Shown piece by piece: positions 40,010 through 54,360 of a DNA stretch of 64,000 nt. The position numbers were made by a program, and so were the translations under genes. Numbering within the stretch: the stretch's first letter is position 1; each line of letters begins with the position of its first letter. Under the pieces are notes generated by a model. It searched no databases. It was not told where the DNA came from and worked only from the letters and a program-made list of their open reading frames with translations. This stretch comes from Octopus sinensis (lineage: Eukaryota), in assembly GCF_006345805.1 (NCBI RefSeq), contig NC_043012.1, positions 31,124,001 to 31,188,000 on the forward strand, written 5' to 3'.

Positions 40010-40706
40010 AGACAGACACAGACAGACACAGACAGACATATATGTGTGTGTGTGTGTAAGTGTATGTGTGTATACACCGTTTATATACATATATATAATG
40101 TGTGTGTGTATTATCCTTTAGTATCTTCAGGTTATTCGTTTAACCCCTGTTGTATGATGTTTAGGTTTGAAAAAAATCCGAAGTTATTGATATATCTCCT
40201 TTCCATCAGGAACCTTATTGGAAACAGTTATCCCACATCTCACAACAAGCCTCCCAATAATTTTCGCTAAGTTGTTCCATGCAGTTGAACTCCATCTTGC
40301 AATCAATTTGCTCGAATCTCTTCTTCCCCATTACCACTTTCTAAATCGCTTATCTTGAAGTAATAAATCGGAAACTCAATCTTGACAGAATTCGACTCTG
40401 CCAACCAGAAACGCTGTAGAACCAACGTTCCTATTTTCGTATCAACTAAGCACACAACAACAATTTATTATTTTTTTCTTCGAGAATTTTTGTTAAAGCT
40501 CCTGAGAGACAGGCAGAGTAGTTAAGTAATCCAATTCTTTGTAAGCGATCAATTTGATAATTTTTATCTTAATTTGAAACTATCATTGCTATAGTGATTT
40601 AAACCAAGCTGGAATCACCGAAAAGGAATTGAAGGAAGAAAGAAAAGAAACTTGACAGGGAGAAAGATAGATTTCAAGACAAATTTCACAATAACGCCCA
40701 CAAACT

Positions 40707-40809
<103 letters not shown>

Positions 40810-41051
40810 GTACACAAACAGGAGCGCGCGCGCACACCTGTACGTATATCATGTACTTCTTTTACTTAATTTGAACTGGTTGGTAGCAGATTGACTCGAC
40901 TAATTGGTTGGATTTTTAATTGGATAAGGATTTTTGTGCGTTGTAGAAGTAATGTGAATTAGTAAAGGGATTTCTGAAGCATACAGTTGTAAGGAGATAG
41001 AAATAGAGAGAATATCCGGGAAGTAGTGCAAATCTGTTGTGAATGTGGAGT

Positions 41052-41085
<34 letters not shown>

Positions 41086-41108
41086 AAATAATAATAATAA
41101 TAATAATG

Positions 41109-41164
<56 letters not shown>

Positions 41165-41168
<4 letters not shown>

Positions 41169-41400
41169 TGTGGCATCTAATAATAATAAAAATGTGGCAT
41201 CTCAAGGCGGTTACAATACCAATGATCGTAGGAGCACTAGGAATGATCAAGAAGGGAACCGAAAATTATATGAGAATGATCCCTGGCTTACCATCCCTGC
41301 AAGAAGTGCAAAAGATTGTCTTAACTGGTACATCACACGTATTGAGAAGAGCATTATCGATGTGAGAACTTACACTACCCATGTATTTTAATTTAACTTA
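41165..41400 (+). pseudogene. R4/Dong-like C-terminal fragment following (GAT)n(AAT)n
   Basis: MWHLKAVTIPMIVGALGMIKKG..LQEVQKIVLTGTSHVLRRALSM*. Confidence 0.8.
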
Positions 41401-41589
41401 AAAAAAAAAATGAACGAATTTGTGAGTTTAGTTTAATGGCCTACCAATGTATACTATGAGTTTCTTTGCCCTAGGAGTCGGGAAGACACTCGGCAAGAAA
41501 TGGAAGCAAATTTGAAAGAAGAAGAAAAAAAGATAATAATAATAGATCCAACTAACACTGGTTCTGAGGAAAGCAAAAGCTGGGTATGT

Positions 41590-42010
41590 ATTCAAAAGCC
41601 GCCAGCAAAAAGTCAACCATTTGTTATTCATGGATGACTTCAAACTTTATGGTAAAGATGAACCCCAAGTCAGTTCTACCGTTCATACGATGTATACCTT
41701 CAGTGCTGATATCAGAATAGAGTTCGGACTGAGAAAGTGTGGTGTGTTAGTCTTGAAGAGAGGCAAAATCATATGTATGGACGGGCTAACGATACAATCG
41801 GTGGAGGTTGTGAAGCAGATAGAAGAGACGAGCTATAAGGACTTGGGGATTATGGAAATGGATAAATTGCTGGAGAAAGAAATGACAGAAAAATCTAAGG
41901 TGGAGTACTTTCGTAGACTGATCCTTAAGTCGAAATTAAACGGACGGAATAAGATCGAAGCGTTCAACATCTGGGTGGTTTCACTCCTTAGATATGGAGC
42001 AGAGGTAAAT
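41590..42010 (+). pseudogene. R4/Dong-like RT fragment
   Basis: HLLFMDDFKLYGK..IEFGLRKCGVLVLKRGK..LKSKLNGRNKI.A.N.W.VS.LRYGA. Confidence 0.85.
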
Positions 42011-42094
42011 AGCATGGACAGTAAAAGAACTAAACTGCTTAGTGAGTGTGTGTATGCGAAATGGTATTGTTAGAAAGTTAGTTTGTTTATGTTC

Positions 42095-42225
42095 TCGTAG
42101 CCTAGCGGCTCGGCAATAGAATAGGTCAACAAAATAAGTACCGGACTTTAAAAATTAACTGGGGTCAATTTGTTCGACTAAAACTCTTCAAAGCGATGCC
42201 TCGGCATAACTGCAGAACATAATGA
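42095..42225 (+). mobile_element. SINE family B 3' half
   Basis: AATAAGTACC..GGGGTCAATTTGTTCGACTAAAACTCTTCAAAGCGATGCC. Confidence 0.7.
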
Positions 42226-42687
42226 ATGTAATGTACTCAACAAAACAATTACTGAACACAGAGTTAAGTGTCATTTGATGTCTTCGGCGGAGAGTAGGTC
42301 GACCGAATAAATATTTTGAGACCGTTTTGGCAAGGGGTTATTTTTATTGCGAGTTAAAATAAAAATATAACCCATTGTTCTTTTGATGCTTTATTTCGTA
42401 ACACAGCTTTTACATAGGAAATCTCCTCGTTGGTGTTATCTAAATAGACGTTGCTTTGAAACGAAAGAAGTAACCAGGAATTTTGGGACACGAGAGGGAA
42501 AGAAATCTAACTAGCTAAAACCGTATGGATCGGTTCGAAAGAGAAGTGAAATAACTAGAAATAGATGAGAGCGTTATAGTATGTGCTGTTGTTTCAGGGA
42601 GATGGTAGGAGAAGTGGTTGCCTCCAGTAAGTAGTAGTCGAATGAATGACAATTGTGCGATAAGACATGAGAACGGTAGAGACAGAA

Positions 42688-42917
42688 TAAGGCGGCGAGC
42701 TGGCAGAAACGTTAGCACGCCGGGCGAAAAGCGTAGCCGTATTTCGTTTGCTGTTACGTTCTGAGTTCAAATTCCACCGAGGTCGACTTTGCCTTTCATC
42801 CGGAGTTAATAAATTAAGTACCAGTTACGCACTGGGGTCGCTGTAAATGACTTAATACCTATGTCTGTCCTTGTTTGTCCCTTCTGTGTTTAGCCCCTTG
42901 AGGGTAGTAAAGAAATA
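42688..42917 (+). mobile_element. Full-length SINE family A with 13-bp TSD
   Basis: TSD GGTAGAGACAGAA at 42675-42687 and 42918-42930. Confidence 0.95.
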
Positions 42918-43679
42918 GGTAGAGACAGAACATCAGCCAAGAAATGATAGTTTCAGCCAAAGTAGTTGAAAACGTTTGTTCCTAACCTAGAAGTCTGTCA
43001 AATATTTTAGTCGAGTATGTGCAATGTACTCAAGTATAGACTTCGCTCTTTAGTGATTTGAGAATAGACATCGTGCAAATATTGTACAGATATTGCTGTA
43101 AGGTTTTGGGTTACGCAGTAACTTGGCAAGTGACTTCTATCGCAGCCCTGGGTCGATCCAAGGTTTGTGAGTGATATTTTGGTCGACTAAAACTTTTCCC
43201 AGTCGATAGGTAGTTGGATTCATCACACCTTTCTTAGGTGGTAACCTTAATTTTTCGCCGTGTTAACATCATCAACTCATCCTTTGGCTACATCAAGTGG
43301 GGTCTGTTTAGCTGCTGGCATTTGGGCCAGGGCTATGATCCGAAAATAACTTCCTCCATCCTTCATTAATCTCATTGGATTAAGCCATTACAAAAAAGCA
43401 ACAATCGCTAACCTAAAATTTCCATAAAACGTTATATCATACCATATCGTACCATACTACCCTATATTGTACTAAGACAGAACACACAGTGATATCCGGA
43501 GTTGGTGGCGATTGACATTTCAGTTGTTTGAATTTCATTAAGTAATTTCCAATAATGTAAAGAACATTTTGTTCACCAAGGAAAATCGAATCCCTCTATA
43601 ACAATACCACGTTCCCTGGAAACATGTTTACTACACACGTGTGGTAATTGGCCAGCATTTACTGGTTTCTTTATTCTTC

Positions 43680-43703
43680 TATATGTATGTATGTATGTGT
43701 GTA

Positions 43704-43734
<31 letters not shown>

Positions 43735-43855
43735 ATGTATGTATGTATGTATGTATGTATGTATGTGTGTGTGTATGTATGTATGTATGTATGTGTGTAT
43801 GTATGTATGTATGTATGTATGTATGTATGTATGTGTGTGTGTATGTATGTATGTA

Positions 43856-43890
<35 letters not shown>

Positions 43891-44066
43891 GTGTGTATGC
43901 ATGTGTGTATGTGTGTGTGTGTATGTTATTTAGGTATCCTTTAGTTTATGCGGGTCTGTGAATGCAGACAAATGTGCTTATTTGTGGAAGTGAATAAATA
44001 CGTGTATGTATGTATGTATGTATGTATGTATGTATGTATGTATGTATGTATGTATGTATGTATGTA

Positions 44067-44110
<44 letters not shown>

Positions 44111-44718
44111 GGTGCATTTGCAAATGTTTATACCACATGCGCATATACATACATACATACATACATACATACATACATACATACATACATACATGCATAC
44201 ATACATACGTACATACATATGTGCGAGTGTACGTGTACATATGAGTACATGCATATACACAGGTGCGTAAGAATCTGCGGATGTATATATGCATTAACGC
44301 GTCGATGGTTACGCTTATGTAATGTTTGCGTTTGCTTGAAAACATCGTCTGGTTATTAATATCCGTACATGTGTGTATGTACTTGTATGAGTATACCTGT
44401 GTGTATTAGAGTGTCTATATATATATATATATATATATGTAGGCATACATAAAGCACGTGTGTATGTGTGCAAATACTTCTCGAGCAGAGTTGGAAAGAA
44501 CATCGTGATGTTCTTTACTCTGTGACCCAGCTAGCCATCGTTAGTTTGTAATAAAATAAGACAAACCTACCGCCGTCACCTTTACCATGGCAATGGCGTA
44601 GAAGTGGAGAAGAAAAATGATAAATAACAAGAAAGAAAGAAAGAAATAAAACGTTAATTGCGGGTTATTTACAAATTGTCTTGTTCAGAGTAAACTTGGA
44701 ACGACTCTGCTTTCTTAT

Positions 44719-44791
<73 letters not shown>

Positions 44792-44969
44792 TTTCTTTCT
44801 TCTTTCTTTCTTTCTTTCTTTCTTTCTTTCGTGTTCTATGGGTCTGATATTTACACATATATGCATGCATGCACATGTACATACATACACGCATACATAC
44901 ATACATACATACATACATACATACATACATACATACATACATACACGCGTACATACATACATACATACA

Positions 44970-45003
<34 letters not shown>

Positions 45004-45360
45004 AATTCATACATACATGCATACATATATACATGCATCCATGCATGCATACATAACATACATGCATACATACATACACACATATATACATGCATATATA
45101 AATGCATACATATATGCATACATACATATAGACATGCATGCATACATACGTTCTTAAATGTATGCATTCATAAATACGTACATACATACTTATATATATA
45201 TAGATATATACATGCATGCATACATACACTCACATATGCATACATGCATACACACATTCATACATACATGCATACATACATATATGCATACTTAAATATA
45301 TGCATACAAACGTGCATCTATATATCCAAATATATATAAATGCATACATATATAGAAATC
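43680..45360. repeat. Compound microsatellite field (TATG)n, (TA)n, (CATA)n, (TTTC)n
   Basis: Read directly; explains the low-complexity ORFs here. Confidence 0.92.
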
Positions 45361-45449
45361 TCGAGCATTTAGAGCTACTTACTATGTGTCTGTGTGTCTG
45401 TGTGTCTGTGTGTGTGTGTGTGTGTATGTGTGTGTATTATATAGAAGCA

Positions 45450-45644
45450 TGTTTTATCTTTTACTTGTTTTAATCATTGGACTGCGGCGATGCTGGGGCA
45501 TCGCTTTGAAGAGTTTTAGTCGAACGAATCGATACCAATTAATGTTAAAGTCTGGTACTTATTTTGTCGGTTTTTATTGCCGAGCTGCTAAGTTACGAGA
45601 ACATAAGCGCACTAATTTCGGAGATCAACACACACACTCACACA

Positions 45645-45703
<59 letters not shown>

Positions 45704-45830
45704 CATACACGCACACACTCACACACACACGCTCTCTCTTTCTCTCTCTCTTACATGCAAATATGACGGCTTTCACAAAGTTCATCATATTTACTCACAA
45801 GTCATTGGTCGAAGTCACTGTCAACTTTGC
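45450..45830 (-). mobile_element. SINE family B with central (CA)n, degraded
   Basis: Tail TTTTACTTGTTTTAATCATTGGACTGCGGCGATGCTGGGGCATCGC. Confidence 0.8.
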
Positions 45831-46015
45831 TCATAAAAGTTATAAATATATATTGCTAATATACTTCGTAGAATATCACCAGAAGAAATTGCTGGTGGGT
45901 AACAAATTGAATTTACGTAATGCTACCGAATAAATTATGTAATGGACTCGTATTTGAATTAACCACACTATTGAAATATGTGTAGTGATATTATAAACTA
46001 CTCCTTCATTTTTGT

Positions 46016-46072
<57 letters not shown>

Positions 46073-46125
46073 GATATCATAAATGCATATACATATAATA
46101 AATGTATATAACTTTACTTCAGTCA

Positions 46126-46164
<39 letters not shown>

Positions 46165-46829
46165 GGTACCTCCCATAAGTTTTTAGGTTTCTTTCAGGAA
46201 CGACATTTATTAATTTCAAAGAAGTACAAAACCCCAATTTCTTTAATAGTAGGGCACCTGACTTAAATGCACTTGTTATAGTGCTCCAGGACCTATGAAA
46301 GGCATCCAAAGTGAAGGTGCTCTGGACCCTTGTCACAGACTCTTTCTTCTTTATTTTTTTCTGCTACCGATGGTGCTGATGCAAGAGACTGCTTCACAGG
46401 ATTCAGAGGAAGATTATCAATTACATTCGTGTCTACTTTTATTTCTATATTGATCACTTATTTAGAGTGTTCTACTCTATGTTTTATGATATCTTGTCGA
46501 TCTATAAGAAATTTTTCCTCGGCAGACAGGCTAGGAGAGCAACCATTTTTACTAAGCTCAAATAGTCCCCTTAGATTTTGTTAGAGAGATCTCATATCAT
46601 GAAGACTTCGCCTAGCAAATTATTCTATTTGCTAAAAAATGTCAGAAACCTATGGTCCAGGAGATAGATGGTAAATGATTTTATTTTTCATTCCCTTCGA
46701 GTTTTTATCCCTAATAGTGGTTTGGATTTAACTGTTCCTTCAGTAGCATGAAAGGAATCCTATGATGGATACCTCTCATTGGTTTAAATGTACACTGTAT
46801 ATAATATATATATATATATATATAATATA

Positions 46830-46861
<32 letters not shown>

Positions 46862-46883
46862 CTATATATATTATATATATATA

Positions 46884-48169
46884 CGAGGGGCGTTCAATAA
46901 GTAATGCCCCTGACCCACTTCCCATAGCAGTAGAGCAACGAAACTTGGCACAGGTATTAGTCTTTTTCAGCATAGGAACCACCCAGAGTTACGCATTTCT
47001 CCCATCGTTTGATACAGCTCTGGATACCGTTTTCATAGAAGACCCCAGCTTGGTCCTCCAACCACGACGTGACTTCAGAAATCAAGGCTGCATCATCTGG
47101 GAAACGCTTTCCTTTCAAAAACAACTTCATGGCTGGGAAGAGGTGACAATCAGAGGGTGCAAGGTCAGGAGAGTAGGGGGATGGGGGAAGTGTTCATAGC
47201 CGCACGCCTGTGCTTCTGATCTGGCGACAAGCGAGTTGTGAACCGGAGCGTTGTCCTGCAGGAGGATGCCTTTGCTGATCTTGCCCCGCCTCTGGGTTTT
47301 GATAGCTTCTCTTAATTTCTCAAAGTGAAGCATAATAGGCTCCTGTAATTGTGGTACCCTTTGCCAGGAAATTGTCATCACTACTCCGTCCTGGTCCCAG
47401 AAGACTGTGAGCATGACCTTGCCAGCGGAGGGCTGCACCCTTGCCTTCTTTGGAGGAGGTGAGTCATGGTGCTTCCACTGCATTGACTGGGCTTTGGTCT
47501 CTGGATCATGGTGAAGGACCCAGGTCTCATCCTGTGTAATCAGTCTTTTGAAAACTTTTGACTCATCTTCTTGGCACATCCCTAAATTCATCCTCGAGCA
47601 CTCGACGCGTTCTTGCTTCAGGAAAAGCGTGAGCAACCTGGGAATCCCTCTGGCAGACACCTTTTGCATATGCAAATGGTCGTGAATGATAGTTTCCACA
47701 GACCCGGTACTAATCTTGACCTCATGGGCTATTTGGCGAATAGTTATGCGTCCATCTTCCAAAATGGCAGCCTCAACTTGACGGACAGATGCCTCATCAA
47801 TGGTAGAAGGGGTGCGACCAGATCTGGGAGCTGTTTCCACAGAGTTCCGACCATGTTTGAATTCACGATGCCAGCGTTTTACAAGGTCATATGATGGGGC
47901 ATCATCACCATAAGTTATTTTCATTTCATCAAAAGTCTCCTGTGGTGTGCGTCATTTCAAATACAAAAACCGGATCATTTCTCGACACTCAACAGGCTCC
48001 ATTTCCCACTTGACTCATTTCAAACACATGTAAATCAGAAACCACTATTCGTTCGGAGCTGTAATTTGCCACTTAATCTATAGAGATATAAATAATTACA
48101 CATACAAAATCTCAGGTAGATCAATCAACGGCAAGTGGGTCAGAGGTATTACTTATTGAACGCCCCTCG
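46884..48169 (-). mobile_element. Full-length mariner transposon (1286 bp), inactive transposase at about 46957-48002
   Basis: TIR of about 37 bp CGAGGGGCGTTCAATAAGTAAT at both ends; TA TSD in (TA)n; ITQDETWV, QDNAPVH, YSPDLAPSD (across a frameshift); early stop codon. Confidence 0.95.
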
Positions 48170-48247
48170 TATATATATATATATATAATATATATATATA
48201 CATATATATATATAATATATATAATATATATATATATTATATATATA

Positions 48248-48294
<47 letters not shown>

Positions 48295-48296
<2 letters not shown>

Positions 48297-48540
48297 GTAT
48301 GTGGGAGCGTGTGCCTTCGTGGTCTGTATTTGTTCCCCCCTCCACTGCTTGACAGAAGCCGGTGTTGGTCTGTTTACGTCCCCGTAACCAGCCGGTTCCG
48401 CCAAAAAGACCCATTTAATGAGTTCCAGGCTTAAAAAGATAAGTATTGGGGTCGCTCCATTCGACTAAAAATTCTTCAAGGCGATGCCCCCATCATGGCC
48501 GCGGTCTAATGATTAAAACAAGTAAAATATAAAAGATAAA
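48295..48540 (+). mobile_element. SINE family B 3' half
   Basis: CCGGTGTTGGTCTGTTTACGTCCCCGTAAC..GGCGATGCCCCATCATGGCCGCGGTC..AAACAAGTAAAA. Confidence 0.85.
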
Positions 48541-49191
48541 GTTATTTTAATTGTAAATAAAGAACAGAAATTGACTATATTGCGGGATTTCTATCTTTTT
48601 TTTCTTCACGATCCCTTTTGATCGGAATTCGACCCAATTTTTTCCCCTTCTCTTCTTCCCCCAAAAAGAAAAGCTCTATTTTGTATTTTGTCCCTTCTGT
48701 GTTCAACCCTGCGTGGCCAATAAAGAAATCTATCTGTGGATGCAGTGTTGTTGTGGTTGTGTGCCATTTCTTGAGTTCGTAGTCCGTGGCTTTCCAGTGC
48801 AACGAGCCATTTGCCAGTTATCCGCTTATTCGTTCGAGTTTGTTAGAGTTGCCTCTGTCCTCGTTACTGAACTCTTAGACGTCGTTATCGACCGGCGGTC
48901 CCTTCATATGTGTGTGTGTGTGTGTGTGTATGTGTGTATGTGTGTATGTCTGTGTATATGTATATATATATATACATACATACATACATACATACATAAA
49001 GTGTGTATATATGTCTATCTGTCTCTCCCCCTCTCTCTGTATATATATATATAATATATATATAATATACAGGTATGTATGTATTATACATGTATATACA
49101 TACATACATACATACATATATATATTATATATATATATATATATTAATATATATATATATAGTACAGGTATGTATGTATATATACATGTAT

Positions 49192-49244
<53 letters not shown>

Positions 49245-49540
49245 TATATGTATATATACATGTAATATATATATGTATATACATACATGTATGTGTTTGC
49301 GTATATATTGAATATTTTAAACTGGTCTTTGTAAATCTTCTCTCCCACTTTCTCATTCTCTCTCTCTCTCTGACCCTTCTTCTTTATTACTTCATGTCTT
49401 TTACATTCCTACCCTTATCCCCCCCCCTCCTACGCAACTTCTCACACAATAGACATTTTAGCATAGGCTATAATAAATTACGTTCTAGAGAGTCGCTTAT
49501 CAAATTTTCACACCTTGCTAGGCCAGATCTCTCCGGAGGA

Positions 49541-49588
49541 CTACTACTACTACTACTACAACAACAACAACTACAACCACCACCAACT

Positions 49589-49625
<37 letters not shown>

Positions 49626-50012
49626 TACTACTACAACAACAACAACAACTACAACCACTACTACTACTACTACTGTGCTGGAACAGCAAAAAGGATAACA
49701 AAACTTAAAAATCAAGACAACGACGATGACCTACACCACTGCCACCACCACCACCACCACCACCACCAACCACCACCACCACCGCCGCCGCTGCCGCCAC
49801 CGCCGCCACCGCCGCCACCGCCGCCGCTGCCGCCACCGCCGCCGCTGCCGCCACCGCCGCCACCGCCGCCGCTGCCGCCACCGCACCGCCGCCGCTGCCG
49901 CCACCGCCGCCACCGCCGCCGCTGCTGCCATACCACCACCACCACCACCACCACCACCACCACCACCACCACCGCCACAACTACCACCACCCCTCCCACA
50001 ACCACCACCACT
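49541..50012. repeat. Compound trinucleotide array (CTA/CAA)n then GC-rich (CCA/CCG/CTG)n
   Basis: Read directly. Confidence 0.95.
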
Positions 50013-50885
50013 ATACAACGAAACATTTGTTTTAAAGACATGTGATTTTGAGGGAGATTTCTCCGCTAATTCTAGCTGGCCGAGTGACCGTTTAGTGTGA
50101 CTTCCTCCTCAGCCTCTTTTTGGCATGTGGTTAAAAGAGGCTCAAAAGTAGCGAAGCGCAAATAGATTTTAATACAAAAGAAGGTTTCATTGTTATAAAG
50201 AATCGGGAAAAAAGTGCCGTTTAATTGTCTGATTGATGAATGCTTAATTAGTTCTCAGCGCTAAGAGTAAATTACCACTAGAAGGGGGCTATACTTTAGG
50301 CTGTTGGATGGATGTAACTTTCCAGTGCTTAACGCTGTAATTGGATACGATGTAGAACACCGTATTTATATATACACATACACTAACATATATAAACGTA
50401 TATATTCACGCACTTCATACAACACACGTACATATACATGCACGCTCATACAATACACTCACATACGTACACACCCACGCTCATACATATACGCACATAT
50501 GCATACACGCACGCTCATGCATGTACTTACATATATACACACACACACACTCATACGTACACACTAATTCATATGCACACATATGCATGTACGTTCATGC
50601 AGATATACACACATACATATACACGCACGCTCATGCGTATACATACACACAGACATACGATCATACGTATACGCAAATACGCACGTTCAAACATAGACAT
50701 GCATATAAATGCATGCTCATGCATATACACGCACTCTCACACCAACACACATGCATAGATGGCAAATTAGGTGAGTTGTTAGACCATCGGATAGAATACC
50801 ATCCTGTACCCTGCGTCATGAGTTCTAATCCAGTCGTAGTCAACTTTGTCTTTCATCCTTTTGGGGTTGATATATATAGTATCAG

Positions 50886-51107
50886 GCGAGCTGGCAGACA
50901 CGTTAGCGCGCCGGGCGAAATGCTTAGCGGTATTTTGTCTGTCGTTACGTTCTGAGTTCAAATTCCGCCGAGGTCGACTTTGCCTTTCATCCTTTCGGGG
51001 TCGATAAATAAAGTACCAGTTTCGCACTGGGATCGATGTAATCGACTTAATCCCTTTGTCTGTCCTTGTTTGTCCCCTCTGTGTTTAGCCCCTTGTGGGT
51101 AGTAAAG

Positions 51108-51110
<3 letters not shown>
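50886..51110 (+). mobile_element. SINE family A with TSD containing an expanded (TA)n
   Basis: Left flank (TA)4GTATCAG at 50871-50885; right flank (TA)23GTATCAG at 51111-51163. Confidence 0.92.
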
Positions 51111-51159
<49 letters not shown>

Positions 51160-52019
51160 TCAGTGCAGGGAGATGCAGTATCTAACACGGGAAAGAGACT
51201 TAAAAGATACAAAAAGTTAATTCCTGCCATACACCAACCGCCTTGGCTCTTTGCGTTCTAAGTTCAAGTTCTTCACATGACCGGAATCTCAGCTATCGAA
51301 AAGTTATTGGGAACTCACAAAATCAATTTGGTAAGTCAGTTCAAAAGAACTGCATGTATTTGGCAGATGCGAAAAGATTTGCACGCACATGCTCGCGCGT
51401 GCGCACACACACACACACACACACACATGCTCGCCCGCGCGCACACACACACACAATTCTGGATGCTTCATAGATGTAGGCAATGTATAAAAAAAATCTG
51501 ATTGTGAAAAATTTTGTTCAAATTAACTTTCACAGTCATCTGATAACCATTAATATATCGTCTAGATAGCGTGACAAAGAGAGAAAGGGAAGACAACGAG
51601 GGAGGAGGATATAAAAAAGAGAATGAGTGAATTCATAGGCAAAGGTTTTTCAAAGACGTCGTCCGTATATCAAACAATAGGTAAGTTTACTATACAATAG
51701 CAATGTAGCGTTATAAGTTAATGATTCCATCTGTATTTAGTCTGGCTGTGAAATTAAATCCACTGAGGGTATTTAAAGCAGCTTGGGTTGATAACTGAAT
51801 CGACCGCTTTCATTGTTATTTGGCAACTTAACGAAATGTGTTTACCTTTCCTTCCCAAAATGCTGAGTAATAGCAGCGTAAGTCTACTTATAGAAATTGA
51901 AACAATAACCTGCCTCGGTACAATTCATTTAAATAGTTTGACAAGATGACAATAACCGGTCGAAACTAGTTTTATTCTCGAGTTATCCGGTAGAGAAAAC
52001 ACTATGGTTACACCACTGA

Positions 52020-52420
52020 ATGTATCTTGTATCTTTTACTTGTTTTAGTCATTGGATTGCGGCCACGCTTGGGCATTGTCTGAAACAGATTTGGCCTAAA
52101 AAGTAGATTCCAGTATTTATAATTTTTAAATCTAGTACTTATTCTATCTGTTTCTTTTGTCTGGAACAAAAACAAACCAACACCAGTTATCAAGCGATGG
52201 TGGTAGAATAAATACAAGCACAGAGACATCCAAACACACACACAAACACATGTATATACGACGCGCTTCAACACAGTTTCCCATCAACCAAATTCACCCA
52301 CAAAGAATTGGTTGGTCCGGAGCTATAGTAGAAGACACTTGTCTAAGGTGACGCGCCATGGGACTGAACTCGAAACTATGTAGTTTCAATGCGAGCTTCT
52401 TACCTACACAACAATGCATG
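52020..52420 (-). mobile_element. SINE family B, full-length, degraded
   Basis: Tail TTTTACTTGTTTTAGTCATTGGATTGCGGCC and head CTATAGTAGAAGACACTTG..GGGACTGAACTCGAAAC. Confidence 0.85.
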
Positions 52421-53479
52421 CGTATGAATTTATTCTCAACACACACGCGCGCGCACACGCAAGTTTTAGTATCGAGTGACACCCTCTTAGTCCATCTGGC
52501 GTTGCCCTATTCCGCCACTTCTGACATTATTGAGATCAGCCATTGTTGCTTCCTACAGCCACTTGTCATTCGGGGCATTTAGGTGATTGGCCGGGTTCTC
52601 AGCTTGTCCTCTTATTCCTCTTGTACACCCGAGCCAGCAGCAATCCGTTATAATTTCCTCAAACTCTTATTGCTTCTTTCATTCAGTATGTGCCAAAAGG
52701 AATAGTCCTAGAGTCATAGTGTGTAGTTCATTTATTACATTCTTTACACCGTAAAGAAATTGTCATCGCTATTTCTTCCCGCCGATATTTTCTTCAACAT
52801 TTCAATTTTATTTAATTCACTCGAAAATCTCAATGGTGATGAGATAAGGACGGTGGAATCAGGTCTGGTGTTGCTTGAAGTTTCAAGTCTGGATCGGCGT
52901 GCTGGCGGCAGATATGTGACGGTCGCTTCTCAAAAGCCAGTGACTGTTTGGGAATTCCGATTCTACATCTGTGCTTTGGAAGTTCTATTCGGCAATACCA
53001 TTACCCATCCTGAATGGGAATGATCCTAGAACACGTAGGCGAAAATTCAGAAGCAACTTTTTAACACCTGGCTGGGTAACTGTACTCTGCAGGTCGCCCT
53101 CCATGCTGTCGAAATTCTAAGAAAACGAACATAGAATGTAAGAATATTTCTTAGTCTTAACAGTGAAAGACCACAAAGACTTTCAACTCTAATCTCGAAA
53201 GAACTCTCTTGTTTCAATAGTGATATCGTTCGCTAGAATAAAAAAAAAAGACAGCTCCCAAAAAGAAGGAAAACTTTGAGAGACGCACTTTAGCTATACT
53301 TTTTTTGGAAAGGGAAAAAGGAAGGAGGGAAAAGAAACAAACAGTTGGTTTTACTGTTAGGACTAAGATATCGATCCAAGAGATGAGAGCAGAGACAAAG
53401 CAGGAAGTTTTGATGGAAATTTTTATGTTAGACACGCTCGAATGGCTTTGATGTCTCGTGGAAAACATTAATTCACCGA

Positions 53480-54360
53480 ATTTTTAAATCGGGAGTCAAA
53501 TAGCGAGTGACATGAGAATACATCTCCAGTGGACTTGGTTGCAGACGACACCAACATTCTTGCGAGCGCTGGAAGGAATATATTCATCACTGCTAAATCG
53601 AGATTCAACAACAGATGAAGATTACAAGGACCTGGCAACATCCCTCTTGAGTTACTGAAACAAGGGGGACTAAAAAAAAAAAGTTTTTCACTCTCATCGA
53701 ATCTCAAACGAATTTAGTGACGCAGTTATTATCACCATGTTCAAGAAAGAGGGTGAAAATATTAAGGGAATTACCGTGGAGTGTCACTGATCCCTATTCT
53801 GAGAAAAATATTTAAATTCTTCTAGCCGTCTTTAGAACAAGGTGGAAAAAGTCCTCCTCGAATCTCAATGTCGCTGACAACTTCACCAACGTATATATAG
53901 CTTTGGCCTCACAGTAAATATCAATGAAACCAATGTCATTCCCAACCTTCTCCGAAAACTAATCTTCCATCTCCGATACATCTCTCGTATAAGTTGGTCA
54001 CTTTTTTTCTATCTTTGATGGATTTTTCCTCTGATAAGGGCATGGACCAACCCATTCGACTTTTGAGAAAACTGGCAAAACGAATCTTTAAGAAGCATTC
54101 ACTGAGCCCAAAATCCAGATCTCCACATTATTTGACTGTAATGAAACATGGAGACGTTATCACCGGGAGAAAAATCTGGTTTATTTCCATCAACCAAAAT
54201 TTGGCTCAGTGCTTTCCTAGGAAAACCAGCAGTTGAAGTATAGAATCAATCATGACGAAAACCAGTTATGACGGTTCCAACAAATTGTTAGAATGAAAAG
54301 AAAAAGAGATTTCTTTGTAAGTTCCTCCTCAGTCAATCAGCTACTTGGCAAAAATCACGA
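53480..54360 (+). pseudogene. Highly decayed RTE-type RT relic
   Basis: Scattered remnants resembling ILxRWKEY, NYRGVSL, LPESQC, GLTVN..KT. Confidence 0.45.

Noticed and set aside
52760-53023. 87-aa ORF in non-microsatellite sequence
   Set aside because: No recognisable motif or convincing splice structure
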